NCBI RefSeq assembly: GCF_009914755.1
Contig: NC_060948.1
Length of the DNA: 64,000 bases
Source: the human T2T-CHM13v2.0 reference genome, Homo sapiens
Reading direction: 5' to 3' (one strand)
Positions 11,462-23,648 of the stretch are shown here, piece by piece (the stretch's first letter is position 1; each line of letters opens with the position of its first letter). Made by a program: the position numbers and the translations under genes. The notes beneath the pieces were generated by a model. It had not been told where the DNA came from. It was given only the letters and a program-made list of their open reading frames with translations, and did not search any database.

Positions 11462-13667
11462 ATGAGGGAGATTGCGCTCACGCAGACCCGGCAGTGCGGG
11501 AAGAAGATCGGTGCCAAGGTTGGCATCCGGGGCTCTGAGGTCCCAGCTCCGGCCTACTGGGTGGCCAGGGAAGATGTTGGCAGTGGCAGTGGCTTGGGCG
11601 GTGCCCCTGAATTGCAGCCCCTGGGCTCCCTGCCGGGGACGCAGTGGAACTGGGAGGCTGACTAGTCGGCAGGGGTGGACCCCAGGGACACGGCAGCCTA
11701 GGGATGTGGTTGCGGATGAGGGTGGGGGTGGTAGAGGAGCTAGGAGAGGGGCTGGGGCGCCTCCAGCTCCCTGGCCTCCGTGACTCAGCCCTGGTCTGTC
11801 TGACCCCACCCAATCTCTTGTAGTTCTGGGGGGTGATCTCTGATGAACATCCCATTGACTCCGCTGGCACCTACCACGGGGAGAGCAACCTGCAGCTGTA
11901 GCGCATCAACGTGTACTACAACGAGGCCAGCGGTGAGAACCCAGACCTTCTCCGATCGCCATCCTGGGAACGGCGGCCCTCCCCCTCGCTAATACCCTCC
12001 TGTCCCACTCAGGTGGCTGGTACGTGCCCTGCGCTGTGCTCGTGGACCTGGAGCCGGTCACCATGGACTCTCTGCGCTCGGGGCCCTTCGGGCTCATCTT
12101 CAGGCCGACAACCTCATCTTTGGTGAGCTGCGAGTGAGGACTGCGGTGCGGCTCCTTAGCCGGAGCAGCTCATCTAGTAGTTCCTGAAGGTCATAGCTGT
12201 GGGAATTGTGCAGCCAGGGCCCCTGAACATCCTCCTATTCTCCCAATGGCTCAATCTGCCTCTCCTAAATGGGCTTCGGGAGGAAGCCCCAGGCGTCTCC
12301 TCAAGGTGAGGAGCTAGTGTTATAAACTCCCCGCAGGGAGCTGAGCTGGGGCCGTGGCTACTCTCTTCCCTGAAAATAGGTAGGAGCCACCTACAGCGAG
12401 GTCTCTTAGCATGTCTGAGTTTTGAGTCCTGACTTAATTTCTAAAAGGGGAGGCTGCTGTCCTGTAACTCTGCGGTACGGGGTTTCATTTGCTCCACCTG
12501 AAGGATGAATGGTGCTTTCACCTCACATGTGACACTTGGTCCATTTTGCATTGTGGTGGTGACCACTGATGACCATACACCTGGCACTCAAGTGACTGAC
12601 TGTACTGTCATACAGGTCAGTGTGGGGCTTGAAACAAGGCCAAGGGGCACTATACAGAAGGTGCGGAGCTGATGGAGTCAGCGATGGACATTGTCTGAAA
12701 GCAGTGTGAGAGCTGTGAATGCCTGCAGGGTTTCCAGCTGACCCACTCCCTGGGTAGGGGAACTGCATCTGGGATGGGTACCCTTCTCGTTAGTAAGATC
12801 TGGGAGGAGTATTCAGACAGGATCATAAACACATTCAGCATCCTGTCCTCGCCCAAGGTGTCAGACACCATGGTGGAACTCTACAATGCCACCCTGTCAG
12901 TCCACCATAGAAACTCATAGAAAATGCAGATAAGACCTTTTGCATAGATAATGAAGCTCTATATGACATCTATTCCAGAACCCTAAAACTGCCCACACCT
13001 ACCTATGGTGACATGAACCACCTGTTATCTGCTACCATGAGTGGGGTCACCATGTGCCTGGGCTTCCCAGGTCAGCTGAATGCTGACCTACAGAAGCTGT
13101 CTGTGAACATGGTCCCATTTCCCAGGCTGCATTTCTTCATGCCTGGCTTTGCCCCACTGACCAGCCGGGGCAGCCAGCATTACCAGGCCCTGACTGTGGC
13201 TGAGCTTACTCAGCAGATGTTTTATGCTAAGAATATGATGGCTGCCCCTGTCATGGCTGCTACCTAATGGTGGCTGCCATTTTCAGGGGTTGCATGCCCA
13301 TGAGGGAGGTGGATGGACAAATGTTCAACATTCAAAATAAAACAGCAGCTACTTTGCTGACTGGCTCCCCCACAACGTAAAAACAGCCATCTGTCACATC
13401 CCACCCCAGGGGCTAAAAATGTTGGCCACCTTCATGGGCAACAGCATTGTTATCCAGGAAATCTTCAAGCATGTCTCAGAAGAGATTACAGCAATGTTCA
13501 AGTGCAAGGTCTTCCTCCACTGGTACACGGGCGAGGGCTTGGATGAGATGGAGTTCACTGAGGCTGAGAGCAACATGAATGACCTGGTGTCTGAAAATTA
13601 GCAGTACCAGGATGCCAAGGCTGAGGAGGAGGAGTTTGAGGAGTGTGCTGAGGAGGAGGTGGCCTAG
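11462..13667 (+). pseudogene. TUBB8P: Unprocessed TUBB8/TUBB4Q-subfamily beta-tubulin pseudogene; exons 11462-11518, 11824-11932, 12013-12122, 12616-13667
   Basis: Canonical beta-tubulin exon layout (57, 109, 110 [normally 111] nt, long exon 4) with GT-AG introns. TUBB8-type residues: [43 protein letters not shown]-terminus AEEEVA*. Disablements: TAG at codon 45 (11899-11901), 1-nt deletion in exon 3, several stops and indels in exon 4, GGGTGSG changed to GRGTASG. Exact paralog number not determinable here. Confidence 0.96.
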
Positions 13668-13828
13668 AGCTTTCCTTTTCTTGGGGAAAGGATGGAAACT
13701 ATGTGGATTCTTTTTTGTGTTCTGACAGCCCTGTGTCACTACGCAATTGTTCATTTGTGTCTTCTCATCTTCTCCTGATGTATTTTAAAGCATTTTTATA
13801 GTATGCGATTTTGCCTACTAAAGTACTC

Positions 13829-15998
13829 TCATAACATCTGGTTTCACCTCTAACTTCTTTCTTTAGGCTCTCTGGCTACTGCTGCTAGATGCCCTTAGTT
13901 GTCCTGCAAGGCTGAAGCTGTCTGGGCTTATCACATGCCCAGTAACAAGCATTCGGCTGGCTCCAGGAGGGGTTGGCATGGGCTGTGGATGTGGCAAGTA
14001 GTATTCACATGAACGTATGGATGCCCTGGGACTTGGGCAGCTATGTGATGGGAAACCTGTTCCTGAAGGCAAGCCTTGGCTTATCCCATGTAGCAAACTT
14101 CCAGGGGAATAGCTGGCCCTCTGTTTCTGGAACTTTAAAAGTGGTCAGTGACCCTGGTGGACAATGTCCCAAAGTCCTACCTCAGGGTAGGAACGTGGTC
14201 AGACAGCTGATTATGAACCAGCATTGAAGGGTGGCAAAGTAGGACCCCAGCCACTCTATCACCATGATGGACTGGGTGTGAACGTGTGTCTTCATTCTCT
14301 TAATGAGGTGGGCATGGGGTATCTGGCAGGGACTGTTGGGCAGGAATCAAGTCCAGTGTCTGCTCACATGCACTGAACCCTATGTAGAAGGTTATTAGGT
14401 CCTGGGGGCCATAGATGGTGGTTGCTGGGCCTGTGTGCTCGGGGCAGTCTCTCCAAAGGCAAAGATGGGGTTTCTGAACAGGACCTGGGGAGACAGGCAG
14501 ATGCTCACAAGTGCTGTTTCCCCCATCTGGCAATCAGTGAGAAAAACACACAAGTGGAGGTCTTACCTGCCCCAGTCTGGAGGGCTGATGCTCTCTGGAA
14601 AGGTGGTTAATACACACTGTCTGCTGTCTCTCTGTCTCCCACTTCAAAACTTCAGGGCAAAAATAATCCAAGATTGTCAGGATGAGACTGGTGAGGGTGT
14701 CACCTTTGGGGATAGGTCCTTTAGCCTGGCAGAGTCTCCACCCCAGGCTTCCTGGGGAGCCTGGACTTCAAAGCCTGCTTTGGGGAAGCTGTCAAGAGAT
14801 GTGTGTGTGTGAGCTGGGTGCTGGGCAGCCTGACAAGACAGTGCTTTTCTACCTAGCTCTTGTAGAATTTGTCGGTGGCCTGTGTAATTACCTCTTGGTA
14901 ATTCCCACCCCACCCTCATCACACAGATAAAATGAAGCCAGCATAGCCTGGGGGTCGGCAGATGTACAGGTTCTACCGCAGGAACCCTGGGCATACCCAC
15001 CTGCCTCAGGTGTGTCAGGGAAAACAGGTGAGGCCCCTTTCTTTTTCTTCATTGAATGTTGGCAATGGCCTTTTGCAGCCAAATGGCAACAGGCAAGCAG
15101 GAGAGTGCCTCATCTTGAAAGAAGTGGCTCCTGGAAGCAGCTAGGAGGTGGCAGAGGTCCCCCATACTCCCTTAACCTGTTCTCAGAGCAGGAAAAGGGG
15201 CCTCTGTGACAGCCCTCCTCAGTGGCTCTCACTCTCTGAGGGGTGTGCTTGCCCACCCAGGTGTGCCCCCATATGAAATGTTTTTGTGTGGACCTGGTTG
15301 GGAAGGTTCAGCTGAAGCAACCACTGGAACCTGCCCACATGTAGTATCTCCAATGACACATGGGATCAGATGGTCCTTCTGAAGTGGTACACCCAGAGTT
15401 GCACAGAGGGCGAGTCCCTGCTGCAGTTCCCATCGGGTCTGAATGTGGATTAGGCTTGGTACCCATGTATTTCCCAATTAGCTGGTTCCATCTGGGGGCT
15501 TCATGGACAGGAGTAGTGCTTTTCCAGGCCTCTTCTCCATATGCCAGCTACAGGCCCAGATTTCCCAAGTATCTGGAGACCCCCTTCCAGCCTGGCAAGC
15601 ATGGCATGTTGTGGGGGAAGGACATCAAGTCTACAGGCAGCAGAACCTGTCTGGCTAGGTTCTCTACCCCTGGAGGCCCCTGGTTGTTTACCTGTTTGGG
15701 TGAGAGTTGGCTTAGGAACTCAACATTCTTGTAGGACTTCAGAACACTATAGACAGGGGCCCAGGAGGGAGCAGGGGCTGGCAGCTAATCAGTGTAGTGG
15801 CGGTTGTAGGGCTCAGTTTGGTCTTGCAGGGAATTCAGAGGGCTTGGATTTGCTGAAGCTCTAGACAAGTTTGGGCTTGGATATGGAAACAGCATGGATC
15901 AGGGGCCCTTCTGCATGCAGAAGTCTGAGTAGTTACACCCTGGTGCATCCATAAGTGTTTCTCACCTGGAGCACAGCTGTGGGTAGAAGCTGGGAGAG
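13829..15998 (-). pseudogene. FAM166AP: Unprocessed FAM166A (CIMIP2A) pseudogene; exons approx. 15790-15998, 15482-15746, 15272-15398, 14853-14947, 14368-14484, 13829-13911; first coding exon not found
   Basis: Minus-strand translation gives FAM166A-like peptides in the expected order: FYPQL..QVRNTYG..ISKPK..FSKSKP..EPYNRHYT; KNVEFLSQL..PPGVENLARQVLLP; YGEEAWKSTTPVHEAPRWNQ; LHVGRFQWLLQLNLPN; YAGFI..NYQEVITQATDKFYKS; LFRNP..IYGPQDLITFYIGF; LQDN..SQRA..NQML*. Several exons are bounded by AG/GT. Comparison is with the FAM166A sequence as I recall it. Confidence 0.88.
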
Positions 15999-17784
15999 CT
16001 GTGGAGGGAAGAGGAGGCAGAACGAGTCTCAGGGCAGCCACAGCAGCCACGCAGGGCCTCTGCAAGTGAGATGCAGATCCAGCCTGTTGGTCACTTAGCA
16101 GCTGCTTGGACGGCTGCAGATCACCTGACCTCTGCTCACCAGTAGATGGGGGTTGCATTAGCACTTACCTTCAGGGACTTCTGCAGCTTGAAGGGGAAGC
16201 ACACACCACAGGATGAGAAAGCACCTGACTCAGGCAAGCTTCTCCAAGAGCACCACATCAGATTAACATCCAACCTGTACAGGACACCATGAAATCTCCC
16301 CACCCCTCATTCCAGCTGTAAGAAAAGGGAGTCTTTGTCCTAGGGGAACAAGCACAGGCATACTTATGCAGTGAGCACATGGCCCAAGTTGCGGAAAGGC
16401 CCTTGGATGAATGCTGGTTTCACCAACAATCTGTGGGTTGGGTTTGGCCTGGACCCTTGGACCCCAGCAGTCCAGTACCCCCCTGCATGGGACAGGACTG
16501 GGAGGTGGGTGGGAGGGCTGAGCTTTGATGGAAGCCATTATTTGGCTTCCTGTCAAGTGGTACAGGTGGTTGTTGGTGGCTCAGTTTTGAAAGACCTGGG
16601 TGATCACCCAAGGAGTGAAAATTGCCTTTTTATGAGAAATTACCAAAATTCATGCAAGCTCATCTGTTGAAAAGGTAAGAAATGCTGACAGTTGGCTTCA
16701 CCTGCCCCTTCCCCACAAGTAACTTGTGTTCAGGGGTGGGTTTTCTTCCTTCCCAGACTTTCCCCTTTGCATGTAACTGTGTGCATGTACTTTGGCATGT
16801 ACACACACACTTTCCCTGGAGGGGTTACTTTTATTTTTTTATTTGGGGGGATAACAAGTGAGTCAGCCTGACACTTGCTTATTTGGTCTTTTAAGTGTGG
16901 AGTCCTCTACGGAGTGGGCATCAGGTACTTACTAGCTGGCCTCTGCCAGCTGTTTGGCTGCCCCGGTTTCTGCCCTTCACAGAAATGCTGGCCACCTGGT
17001 GTGACATTCAGTTTCCTTGTTTGCAGCTAGTATGAGACAAGTGGATCAGGGACATTATAAACTGAAAAAGCGCACAACATGCAGAGGGAAAGAATAAATG
17101 ACCATGTGTGTACTGAGATGACAAACATTGTTTTTGCCTAACATTTGGGCCCTGAGAAAGGGCATTTATGTTTTACTTTTTATTTAAAACAGAGATAGAA
17201 GAAATATTACCAGGCTTTCTTTTCCATTATCCCCAAATCCCAAATCCTACTTTACCCCCTCAAGTTTACCTACCTCTGAGAGAAAGAGGAGCTCGCCTGG
17301 TTAATGAGAGCCTGAAATAATTGAACCGGGTCACAGGGTAAAGGTCATACTGCTTCTGTCTCCTTGTGAATCACTTGCTCATCTCAGATATTTCATAGCT
17401 CCCTGTATAAAGGTAGATGTGTTATCCTCCTAGCCTGCTTTCTTGGTTTGATACATGCCTGAGAGCACGTGAGAGCACTTAAGGTCTAGGCTGATTGGAG
17501 GACTGTTCTGCCCACCCCATCTCATCTATCCAGCTCAGCCTGCATGCATGCATTCCCTCATCTGATTTCTGAGTAGGGGATGGGAGGTCTCACATTGACC
17601 TCAAGTTTCTGTGACTTTTTCCACCTCTGTTTTCCAAGGCAGCCTCTGCTGTGGGACTTGTAATGAGATTTGTGAAGTCAGTATCTACTTTTCTTGTGTG
17701 GGTGTTTTATAAAGTAAAGCCCTGGAGGGGAATAAATGTTAAAGGTACAACAAACCCCTAACCTATAAACATCTAAGCCTGACC

Positions 17785-18175
17785 CTTTTTTGGTGGTAAA
17801 ATATATATAACATAAAACTTACTATTTTTTCCATGTTTAAATGCACAGTTCAGTATATTCACAGTGTTGTAAAACCATCTCCTTAATCCGTATCTACAAC
17901 TTCTTTATCGTCCTAAACTGAAAGACTATACCCATAAATAAGTCTTTGAATAGAAGACTGATGCAGTTGACTCCATAAAAATTCAAACTTTCTATGAGAG
18001 AAAAATACTTCAAATGACTCATAGACTGTGGAAATAGATCTGCAACATACGTGACAGACAAAAAGCTAATTTACGTAATATATATATATCCTAAATTATT
18101 AAAAGACTAGCAGTCAAATTGAAAAATGGACAAGGGATGTAAAGAAACAGTTCAAAGCAACACATAGATTTTTAA
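17785..18175. mobile_element. Old L1M (L1MB/ME) fragments in both orientations
   Basis: L1 3'-end motif on minus (tggtaaaatatatataacataaaacttact..) followed by a plus-strand ORF2-like piece (gcaacatacgtgacagacaaaaagctaat). Confidence 0.55.
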
Positions 18176-18184
18176 ATATTTGCT

Positions 18185-20222
18185 AATTTTTTACTGTGGT
18201 AAAATATGTGTAATAGAAAATTTAAGTACATTAGGTACAAATACATTGCTGTGCAACTATCACCGCTATCCATTTTCAAATCTGTTTTATCATCCCAAAG
18301 TGAAACACTGTATCCACAGAACAATAGCTCCCGTTTCCCTTCCCCCTATCCCCTGGAAACCACATCCCACTTCCTGTGTCTATGAATTTAACCGTTGTAG
18401 GTTTGTTATAAAAGTGAAAAGCATGGAGTATTTGCATTTTTTGTTTTAATCTTTTCAAGGTTTATGTTGTAGGATGTATTAAAATTTCTTTTCTTTTTAA
18501 TGCTGAATAATATGTCATTGTGTGTATGGCTCACATTTGCTTATCCATTCATCTGTAGATGGACCTTTGGGCTTTTTCTACCCTTTGGCTATTCTGAATG
18601 CTGCTACGAACATGGGTGTTCAAATTCCCACTTTCAGTTTTCTGGGGTATAGGCCCAGATGTCGAATTACTGGATCACATAGTGATTACTGTTTTCCACA
18701 GTGGCTGTGCCATCTTACTTTCCCACCAGCAGAGTGCAGGAGTCCTGACTTCTCCACATCCAGCATTTGCTGCTTTCTGGAGCTTTGTTGTTTGTTTTAG
18801 TTTGCTGCTGGTGGTTTTTTTGATGGTAGCTATACTTACATGTGTCAGTTGGTATGACATTGTGGTTTGGATTTACTTTTTTCTCATGATTACTGATGCT
18901 GGGCTCCTTATACTGTGCTTACTGGTCATTTGTATATCTTCTTTAAAGAAATGTGTATTTTAAAACCTTTGCTCATGTTTAAATTTGATTGTTTTGTTGT
19001 TGTTTCTGAGGTCTTTATATAGCCTGGATATTAATTACTTGTGAAATACATAAATGTGTGAATATTTTCTCCCCCTCCGTGAATTGTATTTTCAATCTAT
19101 TGATTGTATCTCAGATACACAAAAGCTTTTCACTATGATGAAGTTATTTTTGTGTATTGTTGTTTTTGTTGTTGTCTATGCTTTCACTGACATATCCAAG
19201 AAATTATTGCCAGATTCTATGTTATGAAACTCTTTTCCTATGTTTTTTTCTAAGGGTTTTATAGTTTCAGCACTTACAATTAGATGTTTGGTCTATTTTA
19301 AATTAAGTTTTTTATGTGGTGTAAAGTAAGGGTTGAACTTCGTTGTTTTTCATGTAAATATTCATTTGTTAACACCGTTTTTAAAATACTGTCCTTTCCC
19401 ATTGAATAGTTTTGACTACCTTGTTAAAAATCATGACCATATGTTTTGGTTCTTTATTTCTATTGCATTGGTCTTTCTGTCTGTCTCTATGCCGGTACAA
19501 CATTGTCTTGGGTACTGAAGCGTTGCAGTAAGTTTGAAACCAGGAGGTGTTAGTCCTCTAATTTTGTTAGTTTTTAAGATTGATTTGGCTACTTGGGGTT
19601 TTTTGAAATCTCATCTGAATTTTAGAACAGGTTTTTCTATTTTTGCAAATATTGGAATTTTTATAGTGATTTTATTGAATTCATGGATGACTATTGATAA
19701 CAATGGCATCTTGACAAGGTTTTGTCTTCCAATCCATAATAAACACATGACGTCTTTTCATTTATTTGTATCATCTTTAATATTTTTCTGCAATGTTTAT
19801 AGTTTTTGCTGTACAGGTTTTTCATTTCCTTGGTTAAGTTTGTTCCTAATATGTTATTGTTTTGATGCTATCATAAATTATACTGTTGTCTTGATTTCTT
19901 CTTCACATAGTTTATTATTATTGCAGAAATACAACTAATTTGTGTGTATTGATTTTCTATCCTGCAGTTTTGCTGAATTTTATTTACTGCATCTGACAGT
20001 TTAACTCACAGAAACTAGAAGATTTTTAACATATAAGATTATGTCATCTGCGAACAGATAATTTTACTTTTTCAAAAATTGGAATATCTTTCACTCTTTT
20101 ACTTGCCTTTTTGTTTTAACTAATTAGAATCTTCAGTACTATATTAAATAGAAGTAGTGAAAACAGGCATCCTTGTTTTTGCTCTTAGAGTAAAATCTGT
20201 CAGTCTTTCACCATAAGGTTAG

Positions 20223-20268
<46 letters not shown>

Positions 20269-21360
20269 ATTTTTTAATATAACATTACATCGATATTTTA
20301 TTTATTTTTATAGCTTATTAAGTATATTTTTATGATTGTGGGTTAAATTTTGACAAATTCTTTTATTTGATTAAAATGATCACATGAGGGTTTTTTCCTT
20401 CTTTATGTTAATGTGATATTAAACTGATTTTCATGTGTTGGAACATAATTTTATTTCAGGAGTCAACTATACTCATTCATAGTGTGTAATCCTTTTAATG
20501 TACTGATAAATTTCAATTGCTGGTATTTTGTTGAGGATTTTTGAATCAGCATTTGTAAGGGATGTTTGTAGTTTTCTTATAGTGTCTTTTTCTGGCTTGG
20601 TGTCAGGGTAATTCTAGCCTCATAGAATAAGTTAGAAAATGTTACCTCCTCTTCAACGTTTTGAAAAAGCTTGAGAAAAACTGGTGTTAATTCTGCATTA
20701 AATGTTGGGTAGAATTCAACAGTGAAGCCGTCTGCTCCAGGCTTTTCTTTGTTGCTGGGTTTTTGATTACTGATGCAGTCTTCTTGCGGAATCTCCTTTC
20801 TGAATAGGTTTATTCAACTTTTCATATTCAGTCTTAGTGGGTTTTTTGTTTCTAGGAATTTGTTCGTTTTATTTATGTTATTCAATTTTTAAGTGTACAG
20901 TTTCTTATGGTACCCTCCTACATTCTTTTTTTACTCCAAAAATTTGGTAGTAATGAATCCATTTTATTTTTGAGTTTTGTAATTTGAGTATTCTTTTTTT
21001 CTTAGTCAATCTAGTTAAAGGTTTGTCAGTTTTGTTGAACTTTTTCAGAGAACAAACTTGGTTTTGTTGTATTTTGATATTTTTCTATTCTCTTTCACTT
21101 ATTTCCACTGCTATCTTTATCATTTTTTATTTTGCTAGCTTTTAGTTGTTCCCTCTTTTTCCCTCTGTTTTTAGTTCATTAGCTATATAGTTAAGTTGTT
21201 GATTTGATATCTTACTTTTTATAATCATTTATAACTATAAATTTTTCTCTTATGCTACTGCTTTTGATGTATGTCTTAACTTTTGGTATTTCATATTTTT
21301 AATTTGTCTCTAGATATTTTCTGTTTTCTCTTGTGATTTATTCTTCTATCCATCCTTGAG
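18185..21360 (-). mobile_element. L1MB-type LINE-1, 3' UTR and much of ORF2
   Basis: T-rich antisense L1 with recognisable blocks (ttatccattcatctgtagatggac, aagtagtgaaaacaggcatccttg, gtagaattcaacagtgaagccgtctg). Confidence 0.82.
20224..20267. repeat. (TG)22 microsatellite
   Basis: Perfect TG run inside the L1. Confidence 0.97.
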
Positions 21361-22199
21361 TGTTTAATACCTGTATTTTTAGACATAAAATGTGTAACCC
21401 ACAGAATTTTCTTGATTTGTTACAATTTTGTTTGTTGTAAATTTTTGTTTCAGACTTAAATGTGTGTATCAGCATTTGTTATGTTCTCATAAACTTTGTA
21501 ATACATGAAGATTCCTGGTCCACATATGCAAGCCTCTACATGAATATTATTTTGAAGCATTATCCTTCTATTTTAATATTCCAAATGTCTATATGAAATT
21601 GAGATCTTGGTTTCTGAGATGAAATCATGATAGGTGACTGAGAAATCCTTAAAAATTAGCCAAAACTTAAAATTAAGTTACAGTTTACCTTCAAGATTCA
21701 ACCTGAGTCACTCTGTATTGCTGGTAATAAAAAAATAAGTCTTTAATGGAATAAAAGCAAATTTCAGAGAATGTTTTTTTCCCCCTCGTTGACATTGAAA
21801 TTAAAAGCCATAAAAAACTTTATGGCCTTAGGCACTGTTTACTTTAGAATTCCAACTTTTCCTAGTTAAAATTTTTCTAAACAGATTCCTGTGAATTTGA
21901 AAGAAATAATTTTTTAGTTGAAATGCTTAAGCATATTTAAGAAGTTAAAGCTGTTGTGCTTATTCTTGCCTTAAATAGTTTATGTAATGTAACTACATTT
22001 TAAAAGTTTCATTGTTAAGTTTCTCTAAACTTTGGTTAAGAAGCAGAAAGCATTACATGAGATTTTTGACATATGCTTTCAAGAAATCTCTTTTAAAAAT
22101 GTTAAAGGAAGAACTGTTTAACATAAAAATGAATCTTTATGTGTTTGCATAATTTGAAAAAGTACGGCCCACAGCTTTTTTAATGCCCAAGAACGACAC

Positions 22200-22580
22200 A
22201 TATTTTCCTTTAGTAATATGAGGATAATAATTGTAGTTACCATGAGTGTTATGCCACATGACATGCAAAATTCTTTATGTATATTCATCTTCTAATCTTC
22301 AGAATTGTCTAATAAGTTTGACAAATTTATTATCTCCATTTTTATAACCATTATTCTTGATTCATTATACACCCTCATCAGTTTTCTGTGCTTGATTCTT
22401 TATGTATGTTTAGTTTGTTCATGTGCTTTTATTTCTAATAAACATTTAGAAATTAGAAATTTGAAAACTGAGATTTAAAAGTGGAATAAATTGTCCATGG
22501 GACACCCAGCTACGAGACACAGAGCCAGGATAAAAACTGGCATCTGTCTGACTCTAAAACCTGCAATGTTAACCACTGTA
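22200..22580. mobile_element. MIR fragments
   Basis: ttattatctccatttttata / gaaaactgaga..ttgtccatgggacacccagct..agagccagga..tctgtctgactctaaaacc core-like blocks. Confidence 0.55.
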
Positions 22581-22948
22581 ATCCCAGACAAACTTCCTTG
22601 ATCATTCTACATGAATTAATGTATCTGTCTCTTTCTTCTCTCATTCTTCTTTTTTGTTCTTAGTACTCATTACAACTTGACGTGCACATGTAGATTTTTG
22701 TTTATAGAGATGGGGGTCTTTCTCTGATAATCATACACGTATATTTTTAATTTGCTATCTTTCTCTCTTGCTGTTTCATTCAATGTTCTCCTAAAACAAT
22801 TACAGGCATTTGTACTGGTCTGTATGTATTGGTTGATACTTAAATAAATGAATGAAATTAGTGTATTCTGTACAGCATTAGTGCATATATTATTAAAGCT
22901 GTTATAGATTTTGTGTTTTCCTCTCTTTAAATTTTTCTTTCTATATTG

Positions 22949-23330
22949 CAGCACTCCCCAGTCTTTTCAGCACTAGGGACTAGTTTCGTGGAAGACAACT
23001 TATCCATGGACTGGGCAGGGGGACAGTTTCAGGATGACTCAAGCACATTACGTTTATTTCATACTTTATTATATTGCATTGTAATATATAATGAAATAAT
23101 TATACAACTCACTGTAATGTAGAATCAGTGAGAGCCCTGAGCTAGTTTTCTTGCAACTAGTCAGTTCCATTTGACGGTGATGGGAGACTGTGACACTCAA
23201 AATGTGGTGCTTATGTCCAGTCTACTTCATAATTTTGTTTTGATTGCTGTCACTGGAAAAAAACTCTGCTTCAGAAAGACAGGATTTTGGAAATGGAAGC
23301 AGGAGTTTCAGTGATACTGTTAACAAAGAG
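22949..23330 (+). mobile_element. hAT DNA transposon Charlie3/MER1 fragment
   Basis: MER1-type terminus (ccccagtcttttcagcactagggactagtttcgtggaagacaac..tgtagaatcagtgagagccctgagc) continuing into Charlie3-like internal sequence (gcttatgtccagtctact..ggaaatggaagcagg). Confidence 0.75.
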
Positions 23331-23648
23331 ATGTCAACGCTGCTATGGAGAAGAACAGCAATGGCTTCACTATCCTTAAATTTTACATAACATTTGCTAT
23401 TATAGGTTCTTCTCCCTGTTCTTATTTTTTCCTGATATCTCTCCTCTTAAATGGTACATATAATCCTGTTATTTTATTTCAAAATTTTTAATGCTTTTCA
23501 ATACCTGCAGGTCTTTACTGAATACTTCTATAATCATTTAACTCTAATTCTATTTCAATAGCTAAGCTGCCCATTTGATATTTCCATTGGTTATTATACC
23601 TATCACAAACTTGATAAATCTGAAATTTGGTTCTATAGATAATTTTCT

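Noticed and set aside
11375-11870. Overlapping 69-144 aa ORFs at tubulin exon 1/intron 1
   Set aside because: They result from GC-rich, stop-poor sequence and exon 1 read-through into intron 1; no coherent protein features.
11462-13667. Functional beta-tubulin (TUBB8) gene
   Set aside because: Stop at codon 45, exon 3 frameshift, further stops and indels in exon 4, and an altered GGGTGSG motif.
16000-17780. FAM166A first coding exon
   Set aside because: No convincing match to the N-terminal peptide found by eye; it may be decayed or lost at the L1 boundary.
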